Below are positions 35,026 to 42,553 of a DNA stretch of 42,553 bases, one piece after another; the stretch's first letter is position 1; each line of letters begins with the position of its first letter. The position numbers were made by a program, and so were the translations under genes. Under the pieces are notes generated by a model. The model saw only the letters and a list, made by a program, of their open reading frames with translations, made no database searches and was not told the origin of the DNA. Origin of the DNA: Candidatus Zixiibacteriota bacterium (GTDB taxonomy: Bacteria > RBG-13-66-14 > B26-G2 > WVWN01); assembly GCA_050117845.1 (NCBI GenBank), contig JASFLY010000024.1, forward strand, positions 1-42,553. Reading direction: 5' to 3'.

Positions 35026-36750
35026 ATGAAACTTACGGGCCAACAACGCATGATCCTGGCGCTCTTTGTCGCCGCGGCGGTTATGTTTGGATACTCCGCC
35101 TTCTTCGGCCCGAAGTCACGCGATAAGGATAAACAAAAAGAGGTAGCCGGCGAGACCGCGGCCACCGCGGAAACGGCCGGAACCGCGGCCGCACCGCCCG
35201 AGACCGGGGGAACCGCCGTCGCCGAACCGGCCTCGGCCGAGACGCCGGCTTCGGGGGAGACCGCCGCCCCGGGAACGGCCGTAGCGGAGACGACGCCGGG
35301 TACGGCCGCCGCCACGCCGACCCCTCTCCCGGCCACGCCGGCGCAGGTCAAGACCGGCGCCCGGGCCGTGGTCACCACGCCGCTGTACACCGCTACCTTC
35401 GAGGACGGCGGCCTTGTCGGCCTCTCGCTAACCGAGTACCCCCCGGATCAGGACCAGCTTCTCTTCACCCGGCTGGGCAACGGCGGCGCGTCGCCTTTCA
35501 CGCCGCTGGTGCCGGCGGGCGAGGGGGCCCGCTGGGAGGTCGACAAGAGTGAGCTTAAAGTCGGAACGGGGGACAGCGGCAAAATAGCGTTCACGCTGCG
35601 CGAGGGCGAGACGGTGCGGGCGCGCGCCGAGTACGTCTTCCACGGCGGCAAGTACGAGATAGACGCGAACGTCATGGCCGGCGCCGAGGACAAACCCGTG
35701 TCGCTGGCGATGGGCTACTTCACGCGCGAGAAGGACGACCCCAAGGAAACGGGAGACATATCCGTCGATACGCTGGTCGGGACGGATAAGAAACGCGACA
35801 AGCTGGGCAGCAAGGACGAGGTTAAAAACTACCAGGGCGACATCCCCTGGGCCGCGATGCGCAGCAAGTACTTCATCGTGGCGGCTCTCTCTCCCAACGG
35901 CGCGGGGCTGGACGTGGTCCGGCACAAGAACGTCGACCTGAGCGCGACCTACCATCTGTCCCGCGGCGGCCCGTACACCATATACGTCGGGCCGAAAAAA
36001 TACGAGCGGCTCAAGGAGTTCGGCGTCGGCCTGGAGCGCACGGTCGACCTGGGCTGGTCGTTCATCGGCATCATCGCGGCGCTGATGCTGCGGCTGATGC
36101 ACATCATCAACGGCGTAGTCCATAACTACGGCGTAACGGTCATAATCTTCTCGGTTCTAATAAAACTCCTCACGTACTGGCCCACGGCCGTTTCGCTCAA
36201 GTCGTCCCAGCGCATGCAGGAGATCCAGCCCATCCTCAAGCAACTGCGGGAGCAGTACAAGAACGACCCGCAGCGCATGAACGCCGAGACGATGGCGCTG
36301 TACAAGAAATATAAAATTAACCCGTTCGGCAGTTGCCTCCCGATGCTGTTGCAGATCCCCGTATTCTGGGGAATGTTCAACGCGCTCCGCAACGCCATCG
36401 AGCTCAAGGGCGCGCCGTTCGTGCTGTGGATAACCGACCTCTCCCAGCCGGACGTCCTGTGGCAATTCCCGGGCGACTTTAAAATACCGCTGGTCAACAT
36501 CGCCTCGCTCAACGTCCTGCCTATAGTCATGACGGCCATCTGGTACGTGCAGAACCTTCTCACGATGCCGGGCAAGGGCGGCGTCAAGTCGGAACAGCAG
36601 AAGATAATGGCCTTCATGCCGCTCATCTTCGGCCTGCTTTTCTATAACTGGCCGTCGGGGCTGGTGCTGTACTGGACGGTAAATCAGTTCTTAACCATGG
36701 GGCAAACGCTAATCATGAAGAGGACTATGAAGCCGCTGGAGGCGGAATAA
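35026..36750 (+). CDS. yidC: membrane protein insertase YidC
   Basis: NYGVTVIIFS, INPFGSCLPMLLQIPVF, WITDLSQPD, PSGLVLYW. Confidence 0.95.
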   Translation: MKLTGQQRMILALFVAAAVMFGYSAFFGPKSRDKDKQKEVAGETAATAETAGTAAAPPETGGTAVAEPASAETPASGETAAPGTAVAETTPGTAAATPTPLPATPAQVKTGARAVVTTPLYTATFEDGGLVGLSLTEYPPDQDQLLFTRLGNGGASPFTPLVPAGEGARWEVDKSELKVGTGDSGKIAFTLREGETVRARAEYVFHGGKYEIDANVMAGAEDKPVSLAMGYFTREKDDPKETGDISVDTLVGTDKKRDKLGSKDEVKNYQGDIPWAAMRSKYFIVAALSPNGAGLDVVRHKNVDLSATYHLSRGGPYTIYVGPKKYERLKEFGVGLERTVDLGWSFIGIIAALMLRLMHIINGVVHNYGVTVIIFSVLIKLLTYWPTAVSLKSSQRMQEIQPILKQLREQYKNDPQRMNAETMALYKKYKINPFGSCLPMLLQIPVFWGMFNALRNAIELKGAPFVLWITDLSQPDVLWQFPGDFKIPLVNIASLNVLPIVMTAIWYVQNLLTMPGKGGVKSEQQKIMAFMPLIFGLLFYNWPSGLVLYWTVNQFLTMGQTLIMKRTMKPLEAE

Positions 36751-36752
36751 TA

Positions 36753-37649
36753 ATGCGCACCGTGGAGGTCGAGGGCAACTCCCGCGTCGACGCTACGCGC
36801 CGGGCGCTGGAGTTGCTGGGGGCCGATATCGACGACGTGAAGGTCGAAGTTATACGGGAGGAACCGCGCGGCCTGTTGGGCTTTTTGGGTTTCAAACGCG
36901 TTACCGTTCGCGTTACGCTGGTGGAGGAGAACATCCTCGACCGCGCCGGCGAGATAGTCAAGAAGCTCGTTTCCTTCCTGCCGGTACCGGTCGAGGCCGG
37001 CGTCCGGATGCACAAGCACAACATCCACCTGGACCTCGCGGGCCACGAGCTGCGCCAGTTCCAACAGCAGGAGGACGTCGCCGACGCCATAGGCCACGTC
37101 CTCGAGCTCATCGTCAATCGGCACGCGAAGAACAAGATTACGGTCAAGGCGGCCTTCGTGGAGGGCAAGACCTCCCGCGAGGACGAGCTGCGCAAACTGG
37201 CCCGCAGCACCGCCGACCGCGTCGCCGCGAAGGGCCGCGAGGAAGCGTTGCCGGCCATGTCGCCCCGCGACCGACGCACCGTCCACATGACCCTCGAAAA
37301 CGACGACCGCGTCGTGACCGAGAGCGCCGGCAAGGGCAACAAGCGCCACGTCGTCATCTTCCCGGCCAAGGGCCGCAAGAAGGCCGAGAAACAGGCCGAG
37401 GGGAAACCCGGCGACGGCAAACAGGGCGACCGCAACGGCAAACGCGGCGACCGGAAGCCCAAGGGCGACCGGGCCCGGCCTCCCGCGGGGACGCAAAGCG
37501 AGAAGAAAAGCCGCAGTTCCCGGCGACGGCGCCGGCGGCCGCGTTCGGGCGGCAAGGGCGAACGTCCCTCCGGCCAGGGGGATCGCCCCGCCGGGAAGGA
37601 CAACCGCTCCGGCGGCCAGGATAAACCGAAAACCCCCTCCGGCAATTAG
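36753..37649 (+). CDS. jag: Jag/KhpB RNA-binding protein (Jag_N, KH-like, R3H)
   Basis: EEPRGLLGFLG Jag_N motif; PAMSPRDRRTVH R3H motif; synteny. Confidence 0.85.
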   Translation: MRTVEVEGNSRVDATRRALELLGADIDDVKVEVIREEPRGLLGFLGFKRVTVRVTLVEENILDRAGEIVKKLVSFLPVPVEAGVRMHKHNIHLDLAGHELRQFQQQEDVADAIGHVLELIVNRHAKNKITVKAAFVEGKTSREDELRKLARSTADRVAAKGREEALPAMSPRDRRTVHMTLENDDRVVTESAGKGNKRHVVIFPAKGRKKAEKQAEGKPGDGKQGDRNGKRGDRKPKGDRARPPAGTQSEKKSRSSRRRRRRPRSGGKGERPSGQGDRPAGKDNRSGGQDKPKTPSGN

Positions 37650-37728
37650 CCGGCGAGCAGATAATATGCATAACAATATCCCGCCGGCGACGGCGGGATA
37701 CTCGTCTCGGGACCTATAAAAGTTTATT

Positions 37729-39111
37729 ATGATACCGACCTTCCGCGACGGCGACATTATAGCGGCGACGGCGACGCCCCCCGGCCGGGGCGCGCTGGCG
37801 CTTATTCGGATTAGCGGCCCGGGGACCGCCGACCTCGTAGGCCGCGTCTTCCGCTCGAAGGCCGAGGCCGAGCCGCGGCGGGCCCGCGTGGGCGAACTCG
37901 TGCACCCGGAGACGGGAGAGATAATCGACCGGGCGGTGGCCGTGCTCTACGCGGCGCCGGCGTCCTATACCGGCGAGGACATGGCCGAGGTCTCGGTACA
38001 CGCCGGGCCGGCCGTCGTGAACGCCGCGCTCGAGGCGCTGTACGCCGCCGGGGCCCGACCCGCGGAGCCGGGGGAGTTCACCTGGCGGGCCGTGGGGAAC
38101 GGCAAGATGGACCTGGCCGCCGCGCAGGCCGTGGCCGACCTCGCGGACGCGCGGACCGCCGGGGCGCGGGCCGACGCGCTGCGCCGGCTGGGGGGAGAAC
38201 TCTCCCGGGAAGTGAACGCCCTGCGGGAGCGCGTCATCTCCGCCCGGGCGCTCCTGGAAGCGGCCGTCGAGTTCGACCAGGACGTCGCACCCGAGGAGAT
38301 AGCCGCGATCGTCGCCGAGGCCGAGGAGGGCGCGCGGCGGCTCGTCGAGGAGAGCCGCGACCGCGAGGCGCTGGTGGAGGGCTTGACGGTCGCGCTGGCC
38401 GGGCCACGCAACGCCGGCAAGTCGACGCTCTTCAACCGCCTGCTGGGCGAGGACCGGAGCATCGTGTCGGCGACGCCGGGGACGACCACCGACCGCGTGG
38501 ACGCGCCCTACGTCGCCGGCGGGATATTATTCCGCCTGTCAGACGGCGCGGGCCTCGACGCGGAGGGGGACAACGGCGTCGAGGCCGAGGGGATTCGCCG
38601 CGCCCGCGACTACCTGAGCCGCGCGGCATACGTCATCTGGCTCGACGACGCCACTTCCCCACCCCCCCCAATGGAAACGACGGGAAAAGCAGCCCTCGAA
38701 CCAAGTGACGTGTCCGTCCCGCCGGAACGGTTGATACGCGTATTAAATAAGTGTGACCTGCCGGCGGCGGAAGGCCGGCCGGAAGGGGACGGGACACGGA
38801 TACGCGTCTCGGCGATGACGGGCGAGGGCGTGGACATATTAATAGGTGAACTCGTGGCCCGGGCGAAGGAGGGCGAGGGGAACGCCGCGGACGGCGCGCC
38901 GCTGTCGCTCTCGGCGCGGGAGCGGAGTTTGCTGGTTGACGCCGGCCGGTCGCTCGGCCGGGCGCGGGAACTCGTGCTGGAGGACGCCGCGGAGGAGCTG
39001 GCGGCGGAGGAACTGCGGCTGGCGGCGGCCTCGCTGGGCCGCATCGTCGGCGAGATAGACATAGACGAGGTATACGGGGAAGTGTTCAGCCGCTTCTGCA
39101 TCGGGAAGTGA
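37729..39111 (+). CDS. mnmE: tRNA modification GTPase MnmE
   Basis: ATPPGRGALALIRISG, SYTGED, GPRNAGKSTLFN, NKCD, FSRFCIGK. Confidence 0.95.
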   Translation: MIPTFRDGDIIAATATPPGRGALALIRISGPGTADLVGRVFRSKAEAEPRRARVGELVHPETGEIIDRAVAVLYAAPASYTGEDMAEVSVHAGPAVVNAALEALYAAGARPAEPGEFTWRAVGNGKMDLAAAQAVADLADARTAGARADALRRLGGELSREVNALRERVISARALLEAAVEFDQDVAPEEIAAIVAEAEEGARRLVEESRDREALVEGLTVALAGPRNAGKSTLFNRLLGEDRSIVSATPGTTTDRVDAPYVAGGILFRLSDGAGLDAEGDNGVEAEGIRRARDYLSRAAYVIWLDDATSPPPPMETTGKAALEPSDVSVPPERLIRVLNKCDLPAAEGRPEGDGTRIRVSAMTGEGVDILIGELVARAKEGEGNAADGAPLSLSARERSLLVDAGRSLGRARELVLEDAAEELAAEELRLAAASLGRIVGEIDIDEVYGEVFSRFCIGK

Positions 39112-39120
39112 GGAGGAGAG

Positions 39121-40628
39121 ATGGGCGAGGAAACGAACGGTAATAGGAAAGGTGAACGAAAAACGCGTGAACGGGATGCGACGTGCGCAAAGCCTTTATG
39201 TAAACGAAATGCCGTTTGGAACAGCGAATACTGTATATTACACGCCGAAATCGAGAAAAAAGACCCAGACGATTTCTGGGAAGAATTTAAGGAACATTTC
39301 GAAAGCGGTTTACGAGAGTACGACGACAGCGAAAAGCCGAACAAAGTATCGTTAAATTGCACGAACTTCGTTTTTCCCCCGCAGGGAAGATGGCGCTTCC
39401 CCGAAGAGATACCGTTTAATGTAGATTTCAGTTTTTCCGAGTTCTATGGGGAGGTCGATTTTCAAGAAAGGACTTTTCGCGGTCGAGCATCTTTTATAGG
39501 TGCGAAATTCAAAAAAGTCCCCGAGGGGCTAGAACGACACGTAGGCGCGTACAGGAAATACGACCGCCGCCGGGATAGAGTACATTTCCGCGGTTCGAAA
39601 TTCCCGGAATATACGAGTTTCGCGGCGACCGAATTCGAATGTATGGTTAACTTCCAAGAAGGCTACTTCAAAAGTTTAGTAGTATTCGACGGCGGGCGAT
39701 TTCTAGCCGATACGGACTTCTCCGGTAGACATTTCGAAAAGGAAGCGAGTTTCCAAAATGCTACGTTCGAACGAGAAGTCCTTTTCGTTGATTCGCTTTT
39801 TAAAAACGAAGCGAAGTTTAACGGGTCGGTTTTCGAAGGTAATACTTATTTCTCGCGATGCGAGTTCAGACTGACGGGCGATTTCACGGGGATCGAAAGT
39901 TCAAGTTACTTCTTCTTAAACGAAATTGTAAAAGAATACGAACGCGACGGAAAAGGCTCGTTCGTATACGAAGACCGTTATAGGAAAATAATAACCGCCG
40001 ATGCTGAAATACACCTAGTTCATGCACAATTCTACGGGAAGGCAAAAGTTACCTTAGCGAGGACCCTTTTAAAAAATGGCGCTTTATTGGTACTAACACG
40101 TTAGCTAATCCTGATATTTTCGACTTTTTCCACGCTAAGTGGAAAGCAAATCGTCGCCGCCGAAAGAAACTTTACGAAGAAAAGCTTGTTGGGCACGAAG
40201 GGATAACTCACGAGGATGTAGGGGAAGTATATAGGAGGCTTAGGTTAAACTACGAAAAGCGTCTCGCATTCGAAGCTGCTTCCGATTTCCACGTAGGTCA
40301 AATGCTTATGCTTTTAAAAAACCGCGATACGAATTGGGCTAAGCGGTTTTTCCTTGGTTTATATGGCGCGGTTAGTTATTTCGGCGAATGCGTTTGGTTG
40401 CCTTTAGTTTGGCTAGCCGTTTTATATGTCGCGTCGGTTTATTTTTACTGGTCGTCGTCCCAAGGGTTAAGTGAGGCTTTTCGCTCGGCCTTCCTCGGCT
40501 TCGTTACGTTGAAAATAAAAACTTACGCCGGTCCTGGCGGATGGCTTATACCTAGCCTCCAAAGAATTCTCGGTATCCCCATCATCACCCTCTTCATCCT
40601 CGCGCTACGGCGGGCGTTCCGGCGGTGA
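39121..40628 (+). CDS. pentapeptide-repeat protein with C-terminal membrane domain, split by a -1 frameshift at about 40068-40077
   Basis: (A/T)xF..xxF repeats; the -1 frame continues KWRFIGT...YRRLRLNYE...ASDFHVGQM into the TM-coding ORF 40302-40628. Confidence 0.7.
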
Positions 40629-40630
40629 AA

Positions 40631-40907
40631 CACAGACACTAATGTCTGTGGCACCAAACACAATAACCGAAGCCGGTGGCGCAGGCATTCTTGCCTGCGT
40701 AATAAAAAACTAGTGCCGTCGGATGCTACCATCCGACGGCAACCCCAGACAGGAATGTCTGGGCCACCAATTCGTAGCACGGGTATTCTTGCCTGTGGGA
40801 CCCGGTTCACAGACACGAATGTCTGCGGCACTAATTAGCAGCATAGGAGTGGCACAGGCATTCTTGCCTGTGGGAAATCGGTTCACAGACACGAATGTCG
40901 GTGGCAC
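40631..40907. repeat. cluster of seven alternating 24-nt REP-like palindromes (BIME/REPIN-like)
   Basis: GTGGCACAGGCATTCTTGCCTGTG-like units at 40676, 40774, 40849; inverted CACAGACACGAATGTCTG(T/C)GGCAC-like units at 40631, 40744, 40808, 40884. Confidence 0.8.
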
Positions 40908-40978
40908 GCAAATTGATATAAACCGGATGGACTAATAAAAAATAATATAAGTGCATGGCGGCCGGCGGGGCCTTGTAG

Positions 40979-41053
40979 GGCCGGATCGTCGGCGGGATAG
41001 ACATAGACGAGGCACACGGCGAGATATTCAGTAAATTCCGCATAGGGAAATAA
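40979..41053 (+). repeat. degenerate direct repeat of the mnmE 3' end (att-like scar)
   Basis: 59/75 nt identical to 39037-39111; reads GRIVGGIDIDEAHGEIFSKFRIGK*. Confidence 0.85.
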
Positions 41054-41154
41054 AAATAAGTTAAGATAAACGTCGGACCAACCAGGGAGCACATACTCAA
41101 CGGCGCCGGGAGGTGCGGCCTTGCCGGCCGAATCGAAAGAAGTAGAGGTGGGTT

Positions 41155-42553
41155 ATGAACGAGGCGATCATTGGGACGTTAGTCCTGCTCGGCCTTATAG
41201 GCACCTTCTTTTTCGTGGTGATTTTCATCCTCCCCTCGATAAAGAGGATAGGCCCCACGGAAGTCGGCCTGGTCACGAAGCGGTTCGGTAAAAAATTATC
41301 CCGGGACAACGCGATAGCGTTCGACGGGGAGGCGGGATACCAGGCCGATCTACTCATGCCCGGCTACCGCTTCAAACTCTGGGCGGCGTACCGCGTCGAG
41401 AAGTTCCCCTGGGTCCAGGTCCCGGCGGGGCAAGTGGGAGTCGTGTACGCGCAAATCGGGGAACCGCTGCCCCTCGGCGCCAAGACGGCCGTATATAAAA
41501 AGGTATACGGCGACTTCACCGACCTGAACACTTTCGTGAACGAGGGGGGACAGAAGGGTATCCAGCGCCCCGTACTCCGGTCTGGCGCCACGCTGCCCAT
41601 TCACCCCATCGCGTTCCTGGTAATCACCAAGGACCGGGTATACGGCAGGCCGGTGGACGCGGACCTCTACCGGGAGGCCGAACAGGGCGTACTGCTGCCC
41701 GGAGCTTTCGGCCTTGACCCGGAGCAGCTCGACGTCGTGAGAATAGAACCCCACCCGAGCGCGGACGGCCGGATGATTGACACCGTCGGCGTCGTTACGA
41801 CGCTGGAGGGGGACCCGCTGGCCTCGGGCCACATCGCGAGCCGGCTCGGCGGCTTCGACGACATCCTCGAGATGGAGAAGGCGGACGAGAGCGACGCCGC
41901 CCTCATCGACGCGCTCCTCGGCGACCGAAACGAACTCCACGACAACTACCAGGACTTCCAGACCTTCCTCGAGCGCGGCGGGAAGATGGGCCTCCAGCAC
42001 GACGTGCTGCGGTACGGGGCGTACAACTTCAACCCGTTCCTCGTTAGCGTCGAAATAATGCCCATGCTCGTCGTGGACCAGGGCGAGGTCGCCGTCATCA
42101 AGGCGTACGTCGGCCTCTCGACCGAGGACACGTCGGGCGAGGAATTTAAATTCGGCTCACTCGTGAGGCCCGGGAGGCGGGGCCTGTGGCACGACTCGCT
42201 CCGCACCGGCAAGTACGCCCTCAACCCCCGTATCTACCAGGCCGAAATCGTCCCGACCGCCATCCTCACGCTCAACTGGGCCGAGGTCGTGTCGACCGCC
42301 CACACGTATGACAAACACCTCGAGCCCATCGTCGCCAAGAGTAACGAGGGCTTTATATTCAAACTCGACCTCCAGGTCCAGATCCACGTCCCGGACACCC
42401 AGGCGCCGCGGGTCATCTCGATGGTGGGCACGATGCACAACCTGGTCACGGAGGTTCTGCAGGCCGCGGTAGGCAACCACTTCCGTGACAAGCTGCAATC
42501 CATGCCCGCCATCGTCTTCATCGAGACGCGCCAGCAGGTCCAGGAAGAGGCGT
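41155..42553 (+). CDS. SPFH/band-7 (flotillin-like) protein, 3'-truncated by window (not in ORF track)
   Basis: GAGGTG RBS, N-terminal TM, IGPTEVGLVTKRFG...GEAGYQADLLMPG; open to window end. Confidence 0.8.
   Translation, partial: MNEAIIGTLVLLGLIGTFFFVVIFILPSIKRIGPTEVGLVTKRFGKKLSRDNAIAFDGEAGYQADLLMPGYRFKLWAAYRVEKFPWVQVPAGQVGVVYAQIGEPLPLGAKTAVYKKVYGDFTDLNTFVNEGGQKGIQRPVLRSGATLPIHPIAFLVITKDRVYGRPVDADLYREAEQGVLLPGAFGLDPEQLDVVRIEPHPSADGRMIDTVGVVTTLEGDPLASGHIASRLGGFDDILEMEKADESDAALIDALLGDRNELHDNYQDFQTFLERGGKMGLQHDVLRYGAYNFNPFLVSVEIMPMLVVDQGEVAVIKAYVGLSTEDTSGEEFKFGSLVRPGRRGLWHDSLRTGKYALNPRIYQAEIVPTAILTLNWAEVVSTAHTYDKHLEPIVAKSNEGFIFKLDLQVQIHVPDTQAPRVISMVGTMHNLVTEVLQAAVGNHFRDKLQSMPAIVFIETRQQVQEEA

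Noticed and set aside
40631..40907. CRISPR array
   Set aside because: Repeats alternate in orientation, spacers are short or irregular, and there are no cas genes

Overview
High-GC DNA from a diderm bacterium (LPS heptose genes, MlaE, a LolA-like protein). The left half (1-25 kb) is mostly accessory. It holds the 3' end of hldD, two tandem PD40/TolB-like secreted propeller paralogs, a low-GC astacin protease with 53-aa repeats, an SH3 lipoprotein, a GT-C glycosyltransferase and NHL-repeat proteins. It also holds an SSS transporter/methyltransferase/class III aminotransferase operon, a radical SAM gene, tRNA-Leu(TAA), and a propeller/Zn-PLC-like/glycosyltransferase cluster. The right half is core: polA, nadE, rsmI, mlaE, two GT9 heptosyltransferases and rpmH-rnpA-yidD-yidC-jag-mnmE, followed by a low-GC islet and a truncated SPFH gene. 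The most notable signals are: (1) five otherwise diverse propeller proteins end in the same VxP[AT]S[VIM]GxVKAx[YF][RK]-stop tail, a candidate sorting signal; (2) a duplicated promoter / leaderless 24-codon uORF / terminator attenuator, with similar leader+terminator layouts at four further genes; (3) a five-repeat insert splitting the astacin catalytic domain; (4) an islet bounded by a duplicated mnmE 3' end, carrying a -1 frameshifted pentapeptide gene and a REP cluster; (5) two enzymes whose conserved N-termini have no canonical start codon. All assignments come from reading motifs by eye; no database searches were run.
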